Part shown: positions 9,286 to 17,347 of the stretch, piece by piece
How positions within the stretch are numbered: position 1 is the stretch's first letter
Layout of the letters: each line of letters starts with the position of its first letter
From: an uncultured Candidatus Saccharibacteria bacterium
GTDB lineage: Bacteria > Patescibacteriota > Minisyncoccia > Phycocordibacterales > UBA2100
Reading direction: 5' to 3'
NCBI GenBank assembly: GCA_964362305.1
Contig: CAYIDY010000004.1
Location: forward strand, 1 to 44,195
Length of the DNA: 44,195 nt
Translations under genes and position numbers: made by a program
Notes under the pieces: model-generated
What the model was told of the DNA's origin: nothing
Seen by the model: the letters and a program-made list of their open reading frames with translations, nothing else
The model's database searches: none

Positions 9286-9954
9286 ATGCGTAAAATTAAA
9301 TTTGCGGACGGAGAGTTCTACCACTTATACAATCGCGGCGTTGATAAACGAATTGTGTTTAACACGAAAGCGGATCACGAACGCTTTCAAGCATATCTGT
9401 ATGTACTCAACGATTCACACAACGACCGCTCGGCAATTCGCTTTACCTCAGAAGAAAGTAAGAAAGCATTTTTTTCGCGCGAAAGAATTGAACCGCTCGT
9501 TGCGATTGGCGCGTACTGCTTGATGCCAAATCATTTTCATATTCTCGCGACACCACTTGTCGAAAATGGTATCTCAAAATTTATGCACAAATTGCAAACG
9601 GCGTACACGATGCATTTCAACGAACGAATGTCACGAACAGGAAGCTTGTTTCAAGGAACGTTTAAAGCTACGCATGTAGATGACGATGCGTACTTGCATT
9701 ACTTGTATGCATACATTCATCTTAATCCTGCAAAACTTTTAACCGATGACTGGAAAAATGCAAGCGCAGAAGAACTGCGGCAGCTGGGATCAAAGATTTT
9801 GGCGTATCCCTTTTCTAGCGCCGGTGAATACAATCTCAACACGTTTGTCATCACTAACCCGCAGCCGTTTCCAAAGTACTTTCAAAAGACCAGGGATATG
9901 CGAGCGCACCTCCAATTCTGGCTAAAGTATAAAAACGCGGAGACGGCCGCGTGA
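9286..9954 (+). CDS. IS200/IS605-type Y1 (HUH) transposase-like protein, RAYT/COG1943-like
   Basis: Motifs: N-terminal GEFYHLYNRG, HUH motif in CLMPNHFHILATP, and catalytic Tyr region LHYLYAYIHLNPAK. Start trimmed from TTG 9253 to ATG 9286. Confidence 0.8.
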   Translation: MRKIKFADGEFYHLYNRGVDKRIVFNTKADHERFQAYLYVLNDSHNDRSAIRFTSEESKKAFFSRERIEPLVAIGAYCLMPNHFHILATPLVENGISKFMHKLQTAYTMHFNERMSRTGSLFQGTFKATHVDDDAYLHYLYAYIHLNPAKLLTDDWKNASAEELRQLGSKILAYPFSSAGEYNLNTFVITNPQPFPKYFQKTRDMRAHLQFWLKYKNAETAA

Positions 9955-9966
9955 TTGGATTCGCTA

Positions 9967-9985
9967 CCCCCCCCCGGGGGGGGGG
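9967..9985. repeat. C9G10 homopolymer palindrome 12 nt downstream of the transposase stop
   Basis: Sequence cccccccccgggggggggg read directly. It could be a hairpin or an assembly artefact. Confidence 0.7.
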
Positions 9986-10364
9986 ACGAAAGCACTACTT
10001 ATGGTAGTAGTCGAGGTCCGCGTCAGTCGGCTTGAAATAAAGCCATAAACCGAGTGGCAATGCAGTGTTAGGCACACGACTCCGTACCATTTATGTACTC
10101 GCAATTTCATTACACGCTTTAAGACGCTTGTACGAAATCTGCGCGAGAATGCATGCTAAAGGACAAAATATGGCGTAAAAAGGAAACTCGGAAATCCGAT
10201 TCCTGCCAAATATGTACAGTACTATTTTCCGGGTGCTATGAATAATTTTCAAAACCGCATCGTTTTCGCTTGAAGCAAATCATCCGGATTTGGGACTGCC
10301 TGGAGGCACTTATCCCTGGGTTCACGGCAACAAACGACGGTATTTGGCGTGGTATATTTCGTGC

Positions 10365-11375
10365 ATGAAAAAAATGAAAATAGGAATTAATGGATTTGGA
10401 CGTATCGGTCGAGGTTTTATGCGCGCGATACATGGCCGTGAGGATATGACCGTTGTCGCGATCAACGACTTGGGAGCCGCCGCTAATCTTGCGTATCTTC
10501 TTAAGTACGACACCGTCTATGGTCGCACTCCTTTCAGTGTCACTGCCGCGGACAAAGCAATTGTCGTTGATGGCGTGTCCATTCCCGTTTTTGCCGAAAA
10601 GGAACTTTCGAATCTGCCGTGGAAAAATTTTGACGTTGACATAGCGCTTGAAGCGACGGGACTATTTACGGATGCAGAGAAAGCAAAAACACATTTAACT
10701 GCGGGTGCGAAGCGCGTCGTGATTACTGCTCCTGGAAAAGGCGATGGTGTGGAAACGATTTTGATTGGTGCGAATGAAGAAAAGTTTGGCACGTGTGACA
10801 TTACTTCCAACGCGTCGTGTACAACAAACGCAGCTTCGCCGCTCATTGGCGTACTTCTTGAAACTATCGGCATTGAGCGAGCACTTTTGAATACGACGCA
10901 TGCGTACACCGCGAGTCAAAGTCTTGTTGATGGTGGAAAAGCAAAAGATATGCGCGAGCAGCGCGCTGCGGCGCAAAACATGGTTCCTACTTCAACGGGA
11001 GCTGCGAAAGCAACGACAATCGCGTATCCATCGCTCAAAGACAAGTTCGACGGAATTTCTGTTCGCGTGCCGGTACCGGCAGGCTCTATTGTGGATGTGA
11101 CGTTTGTGGCAAGTCGCCCAACCAGTGTTGAGGAAGTGAACGCTGCTTTGAAAACCGCTGCGGCATCTGAAAAGTGGAAGCGCGTGTTTGCGGTGAGCGA
11201 GGAGCCCCTGGTGTCATCTGACATCCTTGGTCTTCCGTACGGCTCAATTGCAGATTTAACCATGACGCGTGTTGTGGATGGAACGCTTGTGAAAGTTATG
11301 GCGTGGTACGATAACGAAATGGGATACGTGCATACGTTAGTTGAGCACGTTGCTGAAGTAGGAAAACGCATTTAA
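10365..11375 (+). CDS. gap: Glyceraldehyde-3-phosphate dehydrogenase, type I
   Basis: Motifs: MKKMKIGINGFGRIGR Rossmann N-terminus, SNASCTTN active-site Cys motif, and WYDNEMGY C-terminal motif. The track ORF start 10290 is an upstream extension; ATG 10374 is also possible. Confidence 0.92.
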   Translation: MKKMKIGINGFGRIGRGFMRAIHGREDMTVVAINDLGAAANLAYLLKYDTVYGRTPFSVTAADKAIVVDGVSIPVFAEKELSNLPWKNFDVDIALEATGLFTDAEKAKTHLTAGAKRVVITAPGKGDGVETILIGANEEKFGTCDITSNASCTTNAASPLIGVLLETIGIERALLNTTHAYTASQSLVDGGKAKDMREQRAAAQNMVPTSTGAAKATTIAYPSLKDKFDGISVRVPVPAGSIVDVTFVASRPTSVEEVNAALKTAAASEKWKRVFAVSEEPLVSSDILGLPYGSIADLTMTRVVDGTLVKVMAWYDNEMGYVHTLVEHVAEVGKRI

Positions 11376-11385
11376 CGCACATCAC

Positions 11386-11877
11386 ATGTCAACGATTTAT
11401 ATCGCAACCGATCACGCAGGTTTCGAATTAAAGAATCTTCTCGTCGAGTACGTGAAGTCGCTCGGGCACGACGTGGTTGATTGTGGTGCTCACCTGTTTG
11501 ATGTTGCCGACGACTATCCGCCGATTATCGCCGGCGCCGCGAGAAAACTTTCGGAAGACGCGAGTGCGGGGCGCGATAGCCGAGCGATTGTCATTGGTGC
11601 ATCCGGTCAGGGCGAGGCAATGGTAGCGAATCGTTTCAAAAATGTTCGCTGCGCGCTCTACTATGGTGTGCCACAGAGCTCGCAAATTGATGCGGCGGGA
11701 AAAGAACTGAACATGTTGCAATCGACTCGAATTCACAACAATGCAAACGCACTATCGCTTGGCGCACGTTTTTTGACAGAACAGGAAGCGAAAGACGCAG
11801 TGCGACAATGGCTTGAAACATCGTTCTCCGGGGAGGAACGTCATGCGCGGCGAGTCCAACAAATTGATACGCAATGA
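11386..11877 (+). CDS. rpiB: Ribose-5-phosphate isomerase B (RpiB/LacA/LacB family)
   Basis: The N-terminus IYIATDHAGFELKNLLVEYVKSLGHDVVDCG and a length of 163 aa are typical of RpiB. Confidence 0.88.
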   Translation: MSTIYIATDHAGFELKNLLVEYVKSLGHDVVDCGAHLFDVADDYPPIIAGAARKLSEDASAGRDSRAIVIGASGQGEAMVANRFKNVRCALYYGVPQSSQIDAAGKELNMLQSTRIHNNANALSLGARFLTEQEAKDAVRQWLETSFSGEERHARRVQQIDTQ

Positions 11878-12593
11878 TTTCTTCACAACAAACGAAGCGT
11901 GCCGAAATAATCCCGACGAATACCTGTCCAAAGACTCTTGAAGAATTAACAGCGCGCTCGTCTGCATTTAGCGCGTATACTCCCGTCGTTCACCTTGATG
12001 TGAGCGATAACAAATTCGCCCCCACGCAATCGTGGCCCTTTTTTGATGGGCAATGGAATGAGCTTGAAGCAATGGGGGTCGGGCAAAACAAAATGCCGCT
12101 TTTGAATGCGCCGCTGCACTATGAAGTGCATTTGATGATTGAAAATCCGCTTTCTGCGGGCGTTGCGTTTGCTCGCGCGGGAGTATCGCGCATCATTGCG
12201 CATGTAGAGGCATTTCGACACGCCGACGGGGCGCTCGATGCCTTTAAGATGTGGCGCGTCTCTGGTGCAAAAGAAGTCGGCCTCGCGATTCTCATGGATA
12301 CGCCGCTCGATACGCTTCGCCCGTTTGCCGGCATTTGCGATGAGTTTTTAGTGATGACTATCGCCACCGTCGGAAAACAAGGGATTCCGTTTGATGAACG
12401 CGGCGTCGAACGTATCAAAGAGCTTCACAAGCGACATCCGGAGATTGCGATTGCAGCAGATGGCGGCGTCTCGGATAAAAACATTAAACAGTTGGCGAAA
12501 GCAGGCGCGACTCGTTTCTGTGTTGGCTCGGCAATTGAAAAACAGCCCGACCCGGCAGTGGCGTACCAGCATTTACTTGAAATAGTGAACTAG
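11874..12593 (+). CDS. rpe: Ribulose-phosphate 3-epimerase family protein (divergent)
   Basis: ATGA overlap with rpiB. Motifs match the Rpe TIM-barrel layout: VHLDVSDNKFAP, EVHLMIENP, AHVEAF, TVGKQGIPF, ADGGV and VGSAI. Confidence 0.7.
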   Translation: MISSQQTKRAEIIPTNTCPKTLEELTARSSAFSAYTPVVHLDVSDNKFAPTQSWPFFDGQWNELEAMGVGQNKMPLLNAPLHYEVHLMIENPLSAGVAFARAGVSRIIAHVEAFRHADGALDAFKMWRVSGAKEVGLAILMDTPLDTLRPFAGICDEFLVMTIATVGKQGIPFDERGVERIKELHKRHPEIAIAADGGVSDKNIKQLAKAGATRFCVGSAIEKQPDPAVAYQHLLEIVN

Positions 12594-12649
12594 AAGACTA
12601 TTAACACGTCTTGACGCGACACTTCCACTCGGTGCGCTACACTATTGAT

Positions 12650-12856
12650 ATGGCGCTATGGAACGGTAACGGGAGCACTCCGCTCGTGGAGTTTATTCTG
12701 AAGTCCGGCGTTGTTTCGGACCGAAAACAGGCTGAGAGAATACTTATCGCAGTCGCGGCGCTATGTTTCGTTGCGATTGCGTGGATGCTTTGGCCTGAGC
12801 CAAGTCTCCCAGAAAATGTTCAAGAAAACCCTAATTACGAGCCAGTAACTCGCTAG
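12650..12856 (+). CDS. Small single-pass membrane protein, hypothetical
   Basis: 68 aa from ATG 12650; the track ORF begins at TTG 12611. TM helix: ILIAVAALCFVAIAWMLW. A -10-like TACACT lies 6 nt upstream of the ATG. Confidence 0.45.
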   Translation: MALWNGNGSTPLVEFILKSGVVSDRKQAERILIAVAALCFVAIAWMLWPEPSLPENVQENPNYEPVTR

Positions 12857-12861
12857 TAGTC

Positions 12862-13428
12862 ATGCGTATTTCTCCTGCTCGCGGATTTACTCTCATAGAA
12901 TTGTTGGTTGTTATCGGTATTATCGGAATTCTCGCGAGCACGGTTACCGCGAGTATTGCCCCTGCACGTGAAAAAGCGCGCGATGCGAAGCGCATGCAAG
13001 ACCTCAACCAGATACGCAACGCCATCGAGCTGTACTACGAAAACAATGGTTCGTATCCGCAATTTCGCGCATACACCGACGCAACGAACTGCGGGTTCAA
13101 TTGGTGCTCGCTTGAAACAGCGCTCGACCCGTACATCACAGATTTGCCGCGCGACCCTGTGGGCGGCACCACGTATGTCTATTATTACGATGCAAATTCC
13201 GGTGACAGTTTTCAATCGTATGGCCTGATGATGCGACCGGAGAGCCCCTTGAATGCGTGGCGCGCCTCGTCGGATGGCGGTTTTTATACCGTATTTTATG
13301 AAATCGGTTCTCAACCTTTATATTGCATGAGAAAGTACGACGATACGGGAACGCCCGACCCGGAAATTCAAGCACGGTGGTGGCCGACGACCCCTTCGTC
13401 AGCTTCAGTGTGTTTTGGTGGAGACTGA
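12862..13428 (+). CDS. Type IV pilin / type II secretion pseudopilin-like protein (prepilin N-terminal methylation domain)
   Basis: Canonical prepilin leader and hydrophobic helix: MRISPARG/FTLIELLVVIGIIGILAS. This is followed by a GspG-like segment (AREKARDAKRMQDLNQIRNAIELYY). Confidence 0.88.
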   Translation: MRISPARGFTLIELLVVIGIIGILASTVTASIAPAREKARDAKRMQDLNQIRNAIELYYENNGSYPQFRAYTDATNCGFNWCSLETALDPYITDLPRDPVGGTTYVYYYDANSGDSFQSYGLMMRPESPLNAWRASSDGGFYTVFYEIGSQPLYCMRKYDDTGTPDPEIQARWWPTTPSSASVCFGGD

Positions 13429-13577
13429 TATCGCGCACGCATGATGAGATTGGCCTGAAGTTACTGGACTTGTAGCATCTCAGTTATCGAATCTCTGCAT
13501 CGCAACTATCCACATCAGGGTCGCTCCTAAAAAGTGGCGCTGTGCCATGATGAACGCATATCCTAACCACTTTCTCC

Positions 13578-15818
13578 ATGCCCCGCACAATCGCATCCGG
13601 AATCGCACTTCTGTTTCTGGTCAGTCCCGTCTTTGTCTCCGCACAGAGCGTTGCCGACTTGTGGGCACAAATCACCGAACTCATGAACCGTGTCGGAGCG
13701 CTCCGCTCTCAAGCGGCAGCAGCTGCTTCATCCACATTAGCAATAGCGAACCCGTGTCCCGTACTGAACCGTACGCTCTCCTACGCAGCCCGTTCAAGTT
13801 CCCGCGGTGCAGATGTGAAAGATTTGCAGCGTTGGTTAATCGGCGAAGGCTATCTCGCAGCCGGAAACGACACTGGCTACTTTGGCCTCCTCACCGAAAA
13901 AGCAGTCAAAGACTTCCAATGCAAAGAAGGCGTCGTCTGTAGTGGCACCGCCGCTACAACCGGCTATGGCTCTGTAGGACCGGCGACGCGCGCGGCGATT
14001 GCGAAGACCTGTGCGACACCAATTACGCCACCTCCACCACCTCCACCACCTCCGCCGCCACCACCTCCGCCTCCACCACCTCCAGGGACGTCATGCGTAT
14101 TTAACGGCCAGACGATTACACACGGCACCTCCATCACCGCATACCAAGCAAGCAGCGTACCGGCAGGGCAGTCGTGCATTTCAGAGCGGCGGACGTGCTC
14201 GAACGGAACGTTGTCGGGGACATTTGCGTTTACGACGTGTACGGTTGCTCTTCAGCAAGCCGCACATCGCATCTCGGTGAGTGGCGGAACGTTCCGCGAT
14301 TCGGTCACTGGCAGTATTTTCACCCCGCGCGGCAATAACTACTCACGCCTCACGAACGACTGGCATTCGACCTTCGATCCGGGAGCCTATGACAGCGCAC
14401 GCGTTGAGACAGCGCTCGCGCGGATGCAGGCCGGCGGCTACAACAGCGTGCGCGTATTCCTGAATGTGCAGAAGATTGGCCTTGAAGGCTCGACTCCTGG
14501 TCTCAATCCGGCGTACATGAATAATCTCTTGGACTTCCTGCGCCGGGCGAAAAGTCACAACATCTACGTGATTGTGGCCGGCCAATGGTTTCCGAACAAT
14601 TATGCGCCAATAGCGTACGCATTACCGACGCCAGCGAACGTCGGCGGGGTCATGAATATCACCTTCCTCCATCCGGGTTTTATTCAAGCATACGCTGCGT
14701 ATTGGAAAGATGTTGTCGGATACATCAAGAACGCTGACGCGGGATTGCTTGCGACCGTCTTAGGATATGACCCATGGAACGAGGGTGCATATGACACCAC
14801 CGAATTACCGTTTTCCAGCATGTCGGGAACGGTGAAGCCCGCATCCGGCGGAAGCTACGACCTCTCCAGCACGGCCTCGCGCCAAGCGCTCGCGGATGAT
14901 TCCGCGACCTATTGGGTGAATCAGCTCTCAAGCGCGATAAAAAGCGTTGATCCTTCCGCGCTCGTGACTCTCAGCGTGTTTTCACCGTATGCCGTCGGAA
15001 AAAATATTGACGGAGTCATGCCAGGAGGGGCAAGTCCTTTCGTTCCTTTCCGATGGAAAGCGCTTGAACAATCGGCCCTCGATTATATTGATTTACATGC
15101 CTATCCCCTCAGCACCGCGTGGACTTTTGCCGTCGAAGTCAATTCAGCGCAGATTCCATTGCAAGGGCAGAAGTCGCGGATGCTCGGCGAATACGGCGCG
15201 TTCAAACAATTCTTCGGTACGCTATCAAGCGCGGAGTCAATGCTAATTGCCGCACAATCCGCGAGCTGCCCGTACAACTTCTCTGGATGGCTCTTGTGGA
15301 CGTGGGACACTACGGAGCAAGTGCGTCTCTGGAATGCGCTTGATGGCGGGGGACAGCTTGAGCGCGGTCTTTCACCGAATGTTCGGCCGAATCCGTGCCT
15401 AGCACCAATTCCGACGGTTTCGAATCTCGCGCTGAACGCGAGTGTGACGGCGTCGAACACGCTTGTCGGCTCTTCGGCAAGCAGTGTGGTTGATGGAAAT
15501 AATTCCACGATTTGGAATTCTGGTGGGTCCGCGCCGCAGTGGATTCAGATTGATCTCGGTGCGCTAAGAGAAGTAACTTCCATCAAGCTCACCACAGCGC
15601 AGACTCCGGCGGGGCAGACAACTCATTCTGTCTACGGAAGCGTAACGGGGAATGACAATTGGCAGCTCGTGGCGACATTCAATGGCAGTACGACGGACGG
15701 GCAGGAACTGAGCGCTGATGTGCCGAATGGATTCCCTAATGTTCGGTATGTAAAAATCGAGACAACAGTGAGTCCGTCGTGGATTGCATGGAGTGAGATA
15801 CAAGTCTTGGGACGGTAG
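13578..15818 (+). CDS. Secreted multidomain protein: PG-binding domain, poly-Pro linker, Cys-rich module, GH5-like (clan GH-A) glycosidase, C-terminal F5/8 type C (discoidin/CBM32-like) domain
   Basis: Signal peptide is present. PG_binding_1-like segment: GADVKDLQRWLIGEGYL...GYFGLLTEKAVKDFQ. GH-A signatures: SVRVFLN, WNEG (acid/base NE), DLHAYP and LGEYG (nucleophile). Discoidin-like tail: VVDGNNSTIWNSGG..QWIQIDLG...VRYVKIET...WSEIQVLG. Confidence 0.75.
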   Translation: MPRTIASGIALLFLVSPVFVSAQSVADLWAQITELMNRVGALRSQAAAAASSTLAIANPCPVLNRTLSYAARSSSRGADVKDLQRWLIGEGYLAAGNDTGYFGLLTEKAVKDFQCKEGVVCSGTAATTGYGSVGPATRAAIAKTCATPITPPPPPPPPPPPPPPPPPPPGTSCVFNGQTITHGTSITAYQASSVPAGQSCISERRTCSNGTLSGTFAFTTCTVALQQAAHRISVSGGTFRDSVTGSIFTPRGNNYSRLTNDWHSTFDPGAYDSARVETALARMQAGGYNSVRVFLNVQKIGLEGSTPGLNPAYMNNLLDFLRRAKSHNIYVIVAGQWFPNNYAPIAYALPTPANVGGVMNITFLHPGFIQAYAAYWKDVVGYIKNADAGLLATVLGYDPWNEGAYDTTELPFSSMSGTVKPASGGSYDLSSTASRQALADDSATYWVNQLSSAIKSVDPSALVTLSVFSPYAVGKNIDGVMPGGASPFVPFRWKALEQSALDYIDLHAYPLSTAWTFAVEVNSAQIPLQGQKSRMLGEYGAFKQFFGTLSSAESMLIAAQSASCPYNFSGWLLWTWDTTEQVRLWNALDGGGQLERGLSPNVRPNPCLAPIPTVSNLALNASVTASNTLVGSSASSVVDGNNSTIWNSGGSAPQWIQIDLGALREVTSIKLTTAQTPAGQTTHSVYGSVTGNDNWQLVATFNGSTTDGQELSADVPNGFPNVRYVKIETTVSPSWIAWSEIQVLGR
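14028..14084 (+). repeat. Run of 19 consecutive proline codons (CCN) forming an interdomain linker
   Basis: Codons counted directly from 14028 to 14084. The antisense poly-Gly ORF 13964..14179 in the track is its shadow. Confidence 0.9.
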
Positions 15819-15852
15819 TCCTCGAGAAAGTGAAGGTATTGTTGAAGATGCG

Positions 15853-15881
15853 TTGACAGTGCTTCACATACACGATATTTT
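15853..15881 (+). promoter_or_regulatory. sigma70-like promoter TTGACA-N17-TATTTT upstream of the aro leader
   Basis: The -35 box is at 15853-15858, the spacer is 17 nt, and the -10 box is at 15876-15881. An ATG follows 6 nt after the -10. Confidence 0.5.
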
Positions 15882-15887
15882 GTTGGT

Positions 15888-15959
15888 ATGGATTGCGCGC
15901 AGTATTTTAGTTTCTGGTTTACGAAGCTCTCCTTCGAGAGTTCGTTTGCGCGTTTGTAA
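15888..15959 (+). CDS. Candidate 23-codon leader peptide MDCAQYFSFWFTKLSFESSFARL (aromatic-rich)
   Basis: ORF translated manually from ATG 15888 to TAA 15957-15959. Codons 6-11 encode Tyr-Phe-Ser-Phe-Trp-Phe. It lies between a promoter-like site and a terminator hairpin, upstream of aroQ. Confidence 0.45.
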   Translation: MDCAQYFSFWFTKLSFESSFARL

Positions 15960-15981
15960 GAAACAGAAACTTACGAAAACG

Positions 15982-16010
15982 AAAACGAGCCCTCGAAAGG
16001 GGCTCGTTTT
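15982..16010 (+). terminator. Intrinsic terminator-like hairpin (candidate attenuator terminator)
   Basis: AAAACGAGCCC (15982-15992) pairs with GGGCTCGTTTT (16000-16010), giving an 11-bp stem and a 7-nt loop. The T4 run is short and is followed by an A run, so this could also be the bidirectional terminator of the upstream gene. Confidence 0.5.
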
Positions 16011-16034
16011 AAAAACAAGTACGAATTGTTTCCC

Positions 16035-16086
16035 GGAAAGGGATTTTCGACGGAGGAGTGGCTCATACCGCCAAAAATCCCTTTCC
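16035..16086. repeat. Perfect 13-bp inverted repeat (GGAAAGGGATTTT ... AAAATCCCTTTCC) with a 26-nt loop, just upstream of the aroQ RBS
   Basis: Arms are at 16035-16047 and 16074-16086. The loop contains GACGGAGG. It resembles the 19662-19759 element. Confidence 0.75.
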
Positions 16087-16104
16087 AGGAAACACAAAAT
16101 CTCT

Positions 16105-16542
16105 ATGAAAAAAATAGTACTAATTCATGGTCCGAATTTGAATATGCTCGGGAGTCGGGCGCATGAATATTACGGGACGCTGACCCTGCGAGATATTGAA
16201 ACGCTGGTTGCTGAAGAAGGCAAAAAGCTCGGATTTGTCACCGAAGCATTTCAATCCAATCACGAAGGCGCGCTCATTGATTTTTTACAGAAAGAAAGGG
16301 AAGCCGCAGCGGGAATTATCATTAACCCGGGCGCATTCACGCACTATAGTTATGCGCTTCATGACGCCATTGTTGATACGAGACTGCCGTGCGTCGAGGT
16401 ACATCTTTCTAATATTAAAGAGCGAGAGGAGTGGAGGCAGAAATCGGTGACGGCCGCGGCGTGTATTGCACAGGTTTCCGGAAAAAAAGAGAAAGGATAT
16501 GTTGAAGCTCTCGAAATACTCGCGAAACATTTGAAAAAATAA
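16105..16542 (+). CDS. aroQ: 3-dehydroquinate dehydratase, type II
   Basis: Motifs: MKKIVLIHGPNLNMLG, QSNHEGALID, INPGAFTHYSYALHDA and VEVHLSNI. The track ORF 15784..16542 is an N-terminal over-extension. Confidence 0.92.
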   Translation: MKKIVLIHGPNLNMLGSRAHEYYGTLTLRDIETLVAEEGKKLGFVTEAFQSNHEGALIDFLQKEREAAAGIIINPGAFTHYSYALHDAIVDTRLPCVEVHLSNIKEREEWRQKSVTAAACIAQVSGKKEKGYVEALEILAKHLKK

Positions 16543-16543
16543 T

Positions 16544-17347
16544 ATGGCGTTGCTCAAAACAGCAGTCGTTGGCCATCCGATAGCGCATAGCTTGAGCCCA
16601 CTGCTTCACAATGCGATTTATAGGAACGAAGGCGTTGATGCAGAAATGACGGCGATTGATAATGAGCACGTTGAGCCATTAGTTGAAATGATGCGAACGG
16701 TGCCACTGGGGCTTACTGCAATAACATTGCCGCACAAACAGGCGGTCATGCCGTTACTTGATGAGATTGATGACACGGCGCGTGAAATTGGCGCGGTGAA
16801 TACCGTGATTAATCGTGATGGGAAATTGATTGGGTATAACACCGATATAGTGGGAATTGCCGCAGCTTTGGAAGGCGTGGAGCTTCGGGGAAAGAATATT
16901 CTCGTAATTGGCGCCGGCGGCGCAGCGCAGCCGCTCGCATTTTTTTTGCACAAGCAGAATATTGAGTGGAAGTGTGTAAGCCGGAACGTGGCGAAAACGA
17001 AAGCGGCATGCGAAAAGTTTGGCGGGAATGCGCTTGATGCGATGCCCGAAGACGGCGTGTTCGACATTATAGTGAATACAACGCCGGTGGGGCTCGCAAA
17101 AAGCGACGAACTACCATGCCCGGAAAATCTACTTCAGCCGGGTGTCACTGTTTTTGACCTCATCTATACGCCGACGAAATTACAGCACGTAGCGAAGCAA
17201 AAAGGCGTACGCGTCATCACGGGGTTATCTATGTTTGTCGCACAGGGCTTGGAGCAAGAAAGGCTCTGGCTCGGTAGAAAAATCCCTGATTCCGGGTATA
17301 GTGCGCTACTTCTGGACCACCTACGAGAAACTTCAAAAAACCTATGA
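16544..17347 (+). CDS. aroE: Shikimate dehydrogenase
   Basis: Motifs: VGHPIAHSLSPLLHNA, LTAITLPHK, GAVNTV, GYNTD and GAGGAA. The ATG lies 1 nt after the aroQ stop. Confidence 0.9.
   Translation: MALLKTAVVGHPIAHSLSPLLHNAIYRNEGVDAEMTAIDNEHVEPLVEMMRTVPLGLTAITLPHKQAVMPLLDEIDDTAREIGAVNTVINRDGKLIGYNTDIVGIAAALEGVELRGKNILVIGAGGAAQPLAFFLHKQNIEWKCVSRNVAKTKAACEKFGGNALDAMPEDGVFDIIVNTTPVGLAKSDELPCPENLLQPGVTVFDLIYTPTKLQHVAKQKGVRVITGLSMFVAQGLEQERLWLGRKIPDSGYSALLLDHLRETSKNL

Noticed and set aside
13964-14179. Minus-strand ORF encoding a poly-Gly run
   Set aside because: It is the reverse complement of the 19-codon poly-Pro linker inside the well-supported 13578..15818 gene.
15784-16104. N-terminal extensions of track ORFs: 15784 for aroQ, and likewise 1628, 10290, 18421, 20654, 35173 and 39205 for their genes
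   Set aside because: The extensions overlap upstream genes or structured intergenic DNA and have Arg/Ser-rich nonsense-like composition. Internal ATGs give canonical N-termini (MKKIVLIHGPN, MKTKKILV, MKISREWL and so on).
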